Part shown: positions 17,749-26,638 of the stretch, piece after piece
Position numbering within the stretch: the stretch's first letter is position 1
Layout: every line of letters starts with the position of its first letter
Origin: Candidatus Komeilibacteria bacterium RIFOXYD1_FULL_37_29
Lineage (GTDB): Bacteria > Patescibacteriota > Patescibacteriia > UBA1558 > GWA2-36-10
Length of the DNA: 64,000 bases
Reading direction: 5' to 3'
Assembly: GCA_001818495.1 (NCBI GenBank)
Contig: MHKS01000005.1
Location: 466,584 to 530,583 of the forward strand
Position numbers and translations under genes: made by a program
The notes under the pieces: generated by a model
Databases searched by the model: none
The model's input: the letters and a program-made list of their open reading frames with translations, nothing else
What the model was told of the DNA's origin: nothing

Positions 17749-19440
17749 TTAAAATTTTACAATTTCTCCTGGGTTTAATTTTTTTCCGTTATTTTTTGGC
17801 TGAACATTTTCAGATGATTGGGATTTTGTTTTCGCCATTGGCGGTTCTTTGGTGATTACTTTACGTCCTTTTAAAGCTTCGGCCAAAGAAGTAAATTCTT
17901 CTTCTCGACCATCATCAGATATTATTTTAATACTGGATGGTGGCGGTACTTTACCAGCTCTAGACAAATCTAAACATTCCCGACAATAGATTGGTTTGGT
18001 GGGATCTGGATCAAAATTTATCTTAGTTTTTTTACCACAAAGATCACAAACAGCGTCATGGCTAATACCTGTTTCTTTTTTCTTCCTATTTTTCTGGTCA
18101 GAATTATTTTTGCCAGTGAGAGTAGCCGTGGCTTTAGTTTTATTGGTCTCTTCCACACCACGATTTTCTGACCAACGAATAATTTTGTCCTCAATCACTT
18201 CTCGTGGCCGGGCGTATCTTTCTCTGGTCACAGAGATTATTTTATCTTTGGTGTCCAAATTTTCTTCAGCTAGTGACACCGGCGGCAGAGTCCGTGCAGA
18301 AAAAGCCTCGGAAGTAACTCCGTCAATCATTAATTTTATATAAATTTCAAATTTAGACAAATTAACCAGATCTTCTTGCGTAAAAGTTGGAAAAAATTCT
18401 TTTTCCAAAAACTCGGCATCAGCCGCCCCAACTCTAAAAACAACCAAGGTGCCGACATTACCAAAGACAGCGGCTTGGACATTTTCCTCTACCTGCTCAA
18501 TATACTGATGGGCAATGATTAGATTTAAACGGTATTTTCTGGCTTCAGATAGAATATTCGCAAAAGATTCTGTGGCAAAATTTTGAAATTCATCGACATA
18601 GAGATAAAAATCTTTTCTTTCTTCTTCTGGTGTATCCACTCTACTCATGGCGGCCAGTTGAATCTTGGTAATCATCATAGCCCCCAAAAGAGCCGAATTG
18701 TCTTCTCCGACGCGTCCTTTAGAAAGATTCAAGAGCAATATTTTCTGGCTATCCATGATGTCACGCATAGAAAAAGATGATCTAACCTGACCTAAGATAT
18801 TTCTAATTAGGGCTGAGGAAAGAAAACGACCGACTTTATTTTGAATCGGAGCAATGGCTTCAGCCTGGAATCTATCTGGATATTTACTATATTCTTCTAA
18901 CCAAAAAGCTTTGACCACTGGATCAGATAATTTTTCTACTACTTTTTTTCTAAAAGCTTTATCGGTCAACATACGCATAATGCCCAGTAAAGTAGAGCCA
19001 GGATACTCTAGTAGCGCTGAAATAGCATGATGGAGCACATATTCTAGTCTTGGTCCCCAAGAATCTGCCCAAATTTTTTGGAAGACTCCAATTAGACCAG
19101 AAACTACCAAATGTCTTTGTCCAGCATCGACTTGTTCCAAAACATTAAAACCAATTGGAAAATCCAAATCAGCCGGATTAAAATATATCACATCATTAAT
19201 GCGATGTTTTGGTACAAAATTTATGACCTTTTCCACTAGGTCACCATGCGGATCAACTACACAAACTCCTTTACCGTCTTGGATATCTTGAATAATCATA
19301 TTTTCCAAGACAGTAGATTTGCCCATACCAGTTTTACCAATAAAATACATGTGGCGACGGCGGTCGTCAGTTTTTATCCCAAACTTAACATTGGAATTTC
19401 TAAAGTTTGTTTCAGCAAAAATTGTAATGCGGTTATCCAT
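17749..19440 (-). CDS. VirD4/TraD/HerA-like (DUF87) ATPase with C-terminal CxxC-x17-CxxC zinc ribbon
   Basis: DRRRHMYFIGKTGMGKS (Walker A), DPHGD, LYVDEFQNF (Walker B), LSEARKYRL, AHQY; CDLC-x17-CREC. Confidence 0.9.
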   Translation of the reverse strand: MDNRITIFAETNFRNSNVKFGIKTDDRRRHMYFIGKTGMGKSTVLENMIIQDIQDGKGVCVVDPHGDLVEKVINFVPKHRINDVIYFNPADLDFPIGFNVLEQVDAGQRHLVVSGLIGVFQKIWADSWGPRLEYVLHHAISALLEYPGSTLLGIMRMLTDKAFRKKVVEKLSDPVVKAFWLEEYSKYPDRFQAEAIAPIQNKVGRFLSSALIRNILGQVRSSFSMRDIMDSQKILLLNLSKGRVGEDNSALLGAMMITKIQLAAMSRVDTPEEERKDFYLYVDEFQNFATESFANILSEARKYRLNLIIAHQYIEQVEENVQAAVFGNVGTLVVFRVGAADAEFLEKEFFPTFTQEDLVNLSKFEIYIKLMIDGVTSEAFSARTLPPVSLAEENLDTKDKIISVTRERYARPREVIEDKIIRWSENRGVEETNKTKATATLTGKNNSDQKNRKKKETGISHDAVCDLCGKKTKINFDPDPTKPIYCRECLDLSRAGKVPPPSSIKIISDDGREEEFTSLAEALKGRKVITKEPPMAKTKSQSSENVQPKNNGKKLNPGEIVKF

Positions 19441-19442
19441 AT

Positions 19443-20933
19443 TTAAGCAGTTGGTAAATTAGGTGGGGCTTGGTTTTTATTTTTTGGCTTGGGCATGGTA
19501 TGAGCACCTTTTTTGGCGAAGCGTTCTTCAAAATGTTTGTTGGCCAAATCTACACTAAAACTAGGAGCCAGTAATTGCTTTCTAAGGTCCTCGGTGATTT
19601 GGCCCTTGTCTAAATCCATGCCTCTGGAAACAGGTAAAGAAAATGGTGGCTCAGATTTTTTACTTTCAGTCCGTTGTAGTAATGGTGCTTTAACAAATTT
19701 ACTTGGGAAGTGCCAAACAGTCGCCAATTCTTCTGTGTTTAAAATATAATACCCATGCCCTCTAGTGCCACTACGAGCCTTATAACCACGCATTAAGTTT
19801 ATTCTGCGCATAGCTACTCTGCTCTTAATGAAGAAATAATCAATCTTAGTCTTAGTTTTTTTATCTGGTTTAAAGGAATTTAAATCCATAGTGTTAAATT
19901 GTTTGATAGAACCAAAAACAGAAGAAATAACTCGAGAAGCGGAATACTTATCATTGGGCGAGATATAAATCAAACGCATTTTACACTCAAAACCGGTTTT
20001 GCCAGTTTTTCTCTCAATGGCCTCAATGGCTCCTTTCTCGCCAGGGGTTAAATGAAGCATCATAGACGGCAAAACATCTTTTTTACCGCTAGAAGTTCCC
20101 CCCTTTAAATCTTGTGGCCAAATCATCGGTTCACCGGTGGATAGAAAAAATAAACTAGTCATTGGGTCAATCAGTCTATTAAGCCATCCCTTTTTATCGG
20201 AAAACTTTTTACCAGCTATTTTATAAACCTCTCTTAAACCCCTTTTAGGCCAGTCAAAACCAGTTGGTCTTACTATAATTTGAATCCACACCTGTTCCCC
20301 AACTTGAATCTTACTCATGGTTTCGAGTAGTGATGATATGGGGTCTTTAAATTCTCCGGAAACATTGTCTTCAAATTCTGTATAAGTCCGAATAGGATAA
20401 ACATCTTTTTTATCCAAGATAACTTCGGTACCCCAAATATTATGAGTATCATTGGGATAATCATCCGGCACAGCCCCCACATAATCCTCTACTTCGGTAA
20501 TTTCAGCATCAGGATATTGTGAATAAATAGAACTTTCTATTAAATCACGATATTGGCTAGGGGTACGAATTAAAAATTGGACATAACCATCAATGCTGAC
20601 AATTTCAAAAGAGAAGCTAAGCTGAAAACGACCCTCTACATATATTTCTCTTAAATTAAGCGGATCATGCGCTCCAGAAATAGTAGAGAAAAGCTGTTCT
20701 ACGGCCTTAGGTGTTTGTTCGGTGTCTTTGGGGACATCAATGGCTAAAATCACGAATTTATTGGTATTAAACCATTTAATACTCTGCTTCATATGCCAAA
20801 TAGCAAAAAAACCCCGGACAATGATATAAAAATATATAATCCAGCCACCGTTTTTAAAAAAATACCAAGCTATGGCTCCGAAGCCTTGATTCATAGCCGC
20901 GTACAATGATGATAAATCTAAAGTTATTTCCAT
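19443..20933 (-). CDS. Membrane-anchored partner of the ATPase, homologous to the N-terminal half of ORF 32753..35206
   Basis: N-terminal TM; FSFEIVS.DG, YPDA, YPIRTY..FE..DP, SK...GE, LNTEELATVWHFP match motifs in the fused paralog. Confidence 0.8.
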   Translation of the reverse strand: MEITLDLSSLYAAMNQGFGAIAWYFFKNGGWIIYFYIIVRGFFAIWHMKQSIKWFNTNKFVILAIDVPKDTEQTPKAVEQLFSTISGAHDPLNLREIYVEGRFQLSFSFEIVSIDGYVQFLIRTPSQYRDLIESSIYSQYPDAEITEVEDYVGAVPDDYPNDTHNIWGTEVILDKKDVYPIRTYTEFEDNVSGEFKDPISSLLETMSKIQVGEQVWIQIIVRPTGFDWPKRGLREVYKIAGKKFSDKKGWLNRLIDPMTSLFFLSTGEPMIWPQDLKGGTSSGKKDVLPSMMLHLTPGEKGAIEAIERKTGKTGFECKMRLIYISPNDKYSASRVISSVFGSIKQFNTMDLNSFKPDKKTKTKIDYFFIKSRVAMRRINLMRGYKARSGTRGHGYYILNTEELATVWHFPSKFVKAPLLQRTESKKSEPPFSLPVSRGMDLDKGQITEDLRKQLLAPSFSVDLANKHFEERFAKKGAHTMPKPKNKNQAPPNLPTA

Positions 20934-20986
20934 AATGTAATTATATTATACCATTTTCTCAGTTTTTTTAAAGCTTATCTAAAAAG

Positions 20987-21041
20987 AAAAAAACCTCCCG
21001 ATCTGCATTAAAAACAGATTGTAGCAAAGGAAGGTTTTTTT
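20987..21041 (-). terminator. Probable terminator with enlarged loop
   Basis: Minus strand A7-CCTTCC...GGGAGG-T7 with an inner ATCTG/CAGAT hairpin. Confidence 0.5.
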
Positions 21042-21049
21042 AAAATTAT

Positions 21050-22153
21050 TTATTCAGTTTTTAATGAATATCTGCCTTTTTCGTCCTTAGTAAAACGGTC
21101 TTTATTCATCAAAGCTAGAGTAATGGTAGTTTCTTTAATTAAACGTTTTTCTAATACGGCCTTGATGATTTCTTTCTTGGTTAACGGTTTGTCACTTTCT
21201 TTCAAAATATCAGCAATCACATCAGCCACTACGCCTGGCTTATAACCCCATTCTTTTAGAGCATAAATACCGCGACCAACCAAAACATATTTTTCATCCA
21301 AGATTAATTCGTTGTGAATAGTAGCTGGATAAGCCTGACGATGATCAAAAGCCATTTCATTTATAGTCTTGGCAATTTCCGTAAAATGCATCGGTTTGTC
21401 ATTTTTCTTGAGTACCAAATAGATCTTGTCATTCATACGACGAGGTGTAATATTTGCCCACTCAATCAATCCCCACTCATCATAAGGATTAGATTTTAAT
21501 TTTTTAGTAACTGTAATGAAGTTTACTACTACTTTATCAGTCAAATCATCATTTTGTTTGTAAAAATCAGTTTCTTTGATTTTATTCATTAATTCTTCCA
21601 AAATAAGCGCTTGACCATGGTTATCAATTAATTCACAAATATTACCAACGGTTTCATGAAATAAATCTACTTTAGCTTCCGGCGTTTTCCAAAATCCACT
21701 ATGCTGTTTTGATTCTTTAACAAAGTAAAAACGATGATTTAATAGTTGGTTTAAAATAAATCTAATAGCTGCTTTATTTTCTTCGGAAGTTCCGGGGATA
21801 GATAAAAGCTCATTGGTCAAATTGTCTTCAGACATCAAACCACCATGCTCGGAAAGAGTAGTGTTGGCGATCTCTTCAATCTCTTTTAAGATGGTCTGAT
21901 TGAAATTTTTGTTGATCTTCTTAAGAGAAGTATTTTCAATTTGTCTAATTCTTTCTCTGGTGACATTGTATTTTTTACCAATATCTTCTAGGGTTTTTTT
22001 CTCAGAACCAGACAAACCGTGACGCATTTTTATAATTTCTTGCTCACGTTCTGATAAAGCCGTCAAAATATTAACCAAAGTTTGATGGGGATCAAAATCA
22101 GAAAGTTTTGACAAATGTTTTGATGTAATGACTTGGTCTAAAATTCCAGACAT
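21050..22153 (-). CDS. Sigma70 region-4 / winged-helix (HARE-HTH/RpoE-like) domain protein
   Basis: LSEREQEII.MRHGL...TLEDIG...VTRERIRQIE; C-terminal KPMHFTEI and YVLVGRGIYALKEW. Confidence 0.85.
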   Translation of the reverse strand: MSGILDQVITSKHLSKLSDFDPHQTLVNILTALSEREQEIIKMRHGLSGSEKKTLEDIGKKYNVTRERIRQIENTSLKKINKNFNQTILKEIEEIANTTLSEHGGLMSEDNLTNELLSIPGTSEENKAAIRFILNQLLNHRFYFVKESKQHSGFWKTPEAKVDLFHETVGNICELIDNHGQALILEELMNKIKETDFYKQNDDLTDKVVVNFITVTKKLKSNPYDEWGLIEWANITPRRMNDKIYLVLKKNDKPMHFTEIAKTINEMAFDHRQAYPATIHNELILDEKYVLVGRGIYALKEWGYKPGVVADVIADILKESDKPLTKKEIIKAVLEKRLIKETTITLALMNKDRFTKDEKGRYSLKTE

Positions 22154-22233
22154 ATTCTTTCTTTACAATTTATCTGATTTTATTTCTAATAATAAAATTC
22201 CCCTATAAAGTAACACATTTTTTATAATTAGTC

Positions 22234-22263
22234 AAGACCCGTAGCTAAAAAACCGCGGGTCTT
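22234..22263 (-). terminator. Probable terminator downstream of secF
   Basis: AAGACCCG...CGGGTCTT inverted repeat. Confidence 0.6.
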
Positions 22264-22296
22264 AATATAGGAGCTAAAATTAGCTTAAAAATGCTA

Positions 22297-23202
22297 TTAT
22301 TCCTTTTTCTTGTTCCAAATTACCAAAAGTGGTGAAGCTAAAAAAATGGAAGAATAAGTACCGACAATAACGCCCAGTATAAGTGCTAAAGCAAAGTTTT
22401 GGATGCTCTTTCCCCCAAAAAAATAGACTGCCAAGAGGGCTAGCAAGGTCGTAAAAGAGGTATTAATGGATCTAATGATTGTTTGATTGATACTATTATT
22501 GACAATTTCCTTAAAATCTTGGTCTTGATTTCTAAACAGATTTTCCCTGATTCTGTCAAATGTGACAATAGTATCATGAACAGAAAACCCTAATATAGTA
22601 AGCAAAGCCGTCACAAAAAGTATATCTACTTCTACATTCATAAAATGCCCTAAAATAGAAAATACACCAATCACTAATAAAATATCATGAACCAAAGCAA
22701 CAATAGCAGCTAGACCGTACTTCCAAGAAGCCACTGGCTTAGAAACCTTACGAAAAGCATAAGCAATATATAAAATAATAAAAATCAATACTATAACTAT
22801 GGCCTGTAAAGCTTTGGTTTTCAATTCTTGTCCAATAATGGGTCCAACGGCTTCAAAGCGTAATTCTGATAAAGTATTATCATCAACACCGGCTATTTCT
22901 ATGGCTTCCAAGCTGGTTAATATATTTTGATGGGTAGTTTCCTCTATTTCTTCAAAACGTAAAATATAATCTTTTTCTCCACTTGGTTGCAACCTAACAT
23001 TGGCCAAATCTAAGCCGGTTAAAGCTTCTTGAACAGCAATCATAGTTGGTCGCTCTTTGGAATAAGACACTTCTAAAATACTACCACCGGTAAAATCAAT
23101 ACCAAATTTTAGTCCCCATATAAACAATGAAACTATAGCCATCAAAACCAAAAGTCCAGATGAAATAAACCAAATTTTTCTTTGTCCAATAACATTCAAC
23201 AT
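22297..23202 (-). CDS. secF: Protein translocase subunit SecF
   Basis: GIDFTGGS, VGP.IG.EL, ALVHD, GFSVHDTIVTFDRIREN, GTYSSIFLASP. Confidence 0.97.
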   Translation of the reverse strand: MLNVIGQRKIWFISSGLLVLMAIVSLFIWGLKFGIDFTGGSILEVSYSKERPTMIAVQEALTGLDLANVRLQPSGEKDYILRFEEIEETTHQNILTSLEAIEIAGVDDNTLSELRFEAVGPIIGQELKTKALQAIVIVLIFIILYIAYAFRKVSKPVASWKYGLAAIVALVHDILLVIGVFSILGHFMNVEVDILFVTALLTILGFSVHDTIVTFDRIRENLFRNQDQDFKEIVNNSINQTIIRSINTSFTTLLALLAVYFFGGKSIQNFALALILGVIVGTYSSIFLASPLLVIWNKKKE

Positions 23203-23206
23203 AATT

Positions 23207-24877
23207 TTATTCTTTTACATTAACTCTTTTTACTCCAAATAAGGCCAATTTGCCTTCTAATTTTTTGTTTACTATTATTCTCAAAAATGTTCTAGTGACA
23301 GTAATAGCAGAAAACATGGATACCAGGATACCAATGCCCAAAGTAATAGCAAAACCTTTGATAATAGAAGTACCAAACCAAGCCAAAATTATACAAGTAA
23401 TAATTGAAGAGATGTTTGAATCTTTAATAGATGGCCAAGCTCTGGTAAAGCCATTTTCTATGGCGGTATTTAGGCTTTTACCTTCGCGCAATTCTTCTTT
23501 GGTACGCTCAAAAATGAGAACATTGGCATCTACCGCCATACCAATAGACAATATAAATCCAGCTACACCAGCCAAAGTCATAGTAACAGGAATAATCTCA
23601 AAAATCGCCAAGGTTAAAGCAGCATAAATAGCCAGAGCAACAACTGCTAAAAGCCCTGGCAACCTATAGAAAATTAACATAAACAAAGCGGCAGCAATAA
23701 AGCCAATTATACCAGCCAAAAGGCTTTGACCAAGAGATTCTTCTCCTAGACTAGCCCCGACTGTACTTTGGCTAATCAGTTCAATTGGCACTGGCAAAGC
23801 ACCTAAATTAAGATTTTTTACCAATTCTTTGGCTTCCAAAATACTAAAATTACCAGTAATTTGTGCTTGTCCATCTTTAATTGGTTCATTTACTACTGGA
23901 CTAGAAATCAATACTCCATCTAAAAATATAGCAATAGGCTTACCGACATTGTCTGTAGTCAACTCTCCAAAAAGATCACGACCCTTATCATTAAAGGATA
24001 ACAATACTAAAGGGGCCTGAGTATTTTGCTCAAAAGAAAGTTGAGCTTTAGCTATATCGCGACCACTTAAACCGGATTCTTCCCAAATAATATTTTCTAA
24101 ATCCGCATCTGTTTTTTGAAAAAGAATATGGGCTGAGTGTACTTCCAATTCTCCCTGATCATTCAATTTTTGATCTATTCTCTTTATAATATGATAGCCA
24201 AATTGTGATTCAATCAGCTCTTTAGAAATCTGTCCATCTTTTAAATCTTCAAAAATAGCTTTATCAAATTCCGGAACAAACAGTCCTTTTGTTACATAAC
24301 CCAAATCTCCGCCATTTATAGCTGATCCTGGGTCTTCACTATATTCTTTAGCTAAAGTAGAAAAATCTTCTCCCAGCAAAGCTCTATCCAAAACTTTCTG
24401 AGCATTAGCTTTTATTTCATTTTGCGCTTCGGTCACATTTTGCTCAGAAAGTTTTGCCTCTCCCTGTGTTTTAAATTCCAAATGAGGAGTCTTATCAATA
24501 ATAGCTATAGCTTCGTTGGCATCTTTAATTCCGGCTAATTCTACAATAATGCGATAATTATCACCACTAAAATTGGTCTGTACTACTGGCTCGGAAACAC
24601 CATAAGCGTTAACTCGTCTTTCAATAACATCTCGCAAAGCTTCCACGCCATCTCTTTTCTCTAATCCTTCTAAAGCTGAGACATCGGCTTGGTAGACCAA
24701 ATGTGTTCCTCCCTGAAGATCCAGACCCAAATGAACTTTAAACTTTCCAAACCAGCCGGGAGCGCTTGGCCAGACAATCAAACCGGCAAAAATAGCCAAC
24801 AAAAAAATCGCTAAAAATACGCTTCTAACTCTGGTGCTTGTCACTTGTTTATGTGATGTTTCGCTGTATTTATTCAT
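23207..24877 (-). CDS. secD: Protein translocase subunit SecD with inserted parvulin-type PPIase domain
   Basis: LGLDLQGG, RRVNAYGVSEP, GALPVP, GMAVDANVLIFER; insert FSTLAKEYSEDPGS..GGDLG...FGYHIIK. Confidence 0.96.
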   Translation of the reverse strand: MNKYSETSHKQVTSTRVRSVFLAIFLLAIFAGLIVWPSAPGWFGKFKVHLGLDLQGGTHLVYQADVSALEGLEKRDGVEALRDVIERRVNAYGVSEPVVQTNFSGDNYRIIVELAGIKDANEAIAIIDKTPHLEFKTQGEAKLSEQNVTEAQNEIKANAQKVLDRALLGEDFSTLAKEYSEDPGSAINGGDLGYVTKGLFVPEFDKAIFEDLKDGQISKELIESQFGYHIIKRIDQKLNDQGELEVHSAHILFQKTDADLENIIWEESGLSGRDIAKAQLSFEQNTQAPLVLLSFNDKGRDLFGELTTDNVGKPIAIFLDGVLISSPVVNEPIKDGQAQITGNFSILEAKELVKNLNLGALPVPIELISQSTVGASLGEESLGQSLLAGIIGFIAAALFMLIFYRLPGLLAVVALAIYAALTLAIFEIIPVTMTLAGVAGFILSIGMAVDANVLIFERTKEELREGKSLNTAIENGFTRAWPSIKDSNISSIITCIILAWFGTSIIKGFAITLGIGILVSMFSAITVTRTFLRIIVNKKLEGKLALFGVKRVNVKE

Positions 24878-24935
24878 ATATTATTTATAATAAACAGTGA
24901 CCGTATTTTAGCATATTTAATTATTTTGACAAGTC

Positions 24936-25829
24936 TTATCGCCGAATGATTGACTTAATCCAAATATCCAATAAATTGGCAAAATCCTCTCTCCCTGCTC
25001 TGATAGACTTTGGTAGTAATGAATTGTTAGTCATACCGGGGATAGTATTGATTTCTAAAAAATATATCTGACTACCAGCTACTATAAAATCCGTTCGACT
25101 AATATGCCGAGCACCCAAGGCTTGATGCATTTTCACAGCTTGAAACTGGAGCTTTTTAGCTAGAGAGCTACTAATCTCCGCTGGACATATTTCATCTACC
25201 AATTTATCATCATACTTGCTTTCATAGTCAAAAAATTTATTTTTAGAACGAATTTCTATCACTGGCAAGGCAAAAGTTTTATTATTTTTATCTATTACCG
25301 GTACTGTTAGCTCTTGACCTTTAATATATTTTTCTATGAGTACCTTATCGCTGTATTTAAGAGCTTGTTTTAAAGCCTGATCAAGCTCTTTTTGCGAATG
25401 GGCTATAGCCACGCCGATGGAGCTACCGCCAGCTAATGGTTTTATTACTAGAGGACTTTTAAATGGTATTTTTTCAAATTTATCCAAAACAATATCTGGT
25501 GCTACCAACAAGCCAATTTTTTTAGCCAGTTGCTTACTCAAATATTTATTCATTCCGACTGCTTGCGCTTCCACATCAGAAAAAATAAAAGGTATTTTTA
25601 AGGTATTTAAAAATCCCTGGATTAAGCCATCCTCCCCGCCTGGACCATGGAAAACCGGTACAACGGCCTGATATTTATGATACTGGGCTAAAAATTTATC
25701 CAGGTCGGCTGGAAAATCAAAAATATCAACCGAGTATTTTTTGGGTAGAGACGAAACTACATTTTTACTAGAAGCTAAAGCTACCTCTCGTTCTGAACTT
25801 TCTCCCCCAGTTAAAATAGCGATTTTCAT
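24936..25829 (-). CDS. ddl: D-alanine--D-alanine ligase
   Basis: GGESSEREV, HGPGGEDG.IQG, GGSSIG, FDYESKY, LEINTIPGMT..SLLP. Confidence 0.95.
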   Translation of the reverse strand: MKIAILTGGESSEREVALASSKNVVSSLPKKYSVDIFDFPADLDKFLAQYHKYQAVVPVFHGPGGEDGLIQGFLNTLKIPFIFSDVEAQAVGMNKYLSKQLAKKIGLLVAPDIVLDKFEKIPFKSPLVIKPLAGGSSIGVAIAHSQKELDQALKQALKYSDKVLIEKYIKGQELTVPVIDKNNKTFALPVIEIRSKNKFFDYESKYDDKLVDEICPAEISSSLAKKLQFQAVKMHQALGARHISRTDFIVAGSQIYFLEINTIPGMTNNSLLPKSIRAGREDFANLLDIWIKSIIRR

Positions 25830-25832
25830 AAA

Positions 25833-26630
25833 TTATTTCTTAATACTCATGGCTTGAATAGCCAATCCTAAATAAGGAAAAATTTTACTAATGATTTTAT
25901 GCTCAAAATTTAAATAGGTCTTATAAAATTTTAATAAAAATTTATTATTGCTTCTGGCAAAATAATCATAGGTATAAAAATCTTGCACTTGAAAATTGGC
26001 TTGCTGAAGCTGTCTTTTCAAAACCCACGGCTTATAGCTCTCAGCTTCTGGCTCTATCAATTCATTGGCCGATCGATTTGTTTTAAAAAAGCCCAAAAAC
26101 TTAGAAACAATCCGGTTGATAACCCAAGTATAAAAAAATGGATTATAAAGACGCAAAAATTGACTACTTGGTTCACCCAATAAAACAAAGACTCCGCCGC
26201 TTTTTAAAACTCGATAGGCTTCTTGAAAGGTCTTATCAACAGCAAAAAAATGATGTAGCGATCCATTGATAATCACTAAATCAAAATAATTATCCGGATA
26301 AGGCAAATGAGTCACTTCTGAACACTGCAATTTAAGATTGGGATATTTTTCTTTGGCTATTTGAAGCACGGCTTCGGACAAATCAACCCCATAGACCTCG
26401 TCAGATATTTGAAATAAAGAATTGGCCAAACGGCCAGTGCCGCAGCCCAATTCTAAACTTTTACCAATATGTTTATCTTTTAAAAATTTCTTCAGGTTGG
26501 CAAAATTCCAAGCATCTACTACTTTGGCGCTCGGTGGATTGATGTGCCAATCATCATATTGTTTGGCGGTTTTATTGTAATATTCCTTTTGGACTTCCGA
26601 TTTTTGAGAGTATAGGTCTGTAGTCATCAA
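25833..26630 (-). CDS. Class I SAM-dependent methyltransferase
   Basis: LELGCGTG, GVDLS, LPY.D..FD, RVLKSGG. Confidence 0.9.
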   Translation of the reverse strand: MMTTDLYSQKSEVQKEYYNKTAKQYDDWHINPPSAKVVDAWNFANLKKFLKDKHIGKSLELGCGTGRLANSLFQISDEVYGVDLSEAVLQIAKEKYPNLKLQCSEVTHLPYPDNYFDLVIINGSLHHFFAVDKTFQEAYRVLKSGGVFVLLGEPSSQFLRLYNPFFYTWVINRIVSKFLGFFKTNRSANELIEPEAESYKPWVLKRQLQQANFQVQDFYTYDYFARSNNKFLLKFYKTYLNFEHKIISKIFPYLGLAIQAMSIKK

Positions 26631-26638
26631 ATAGCAAA

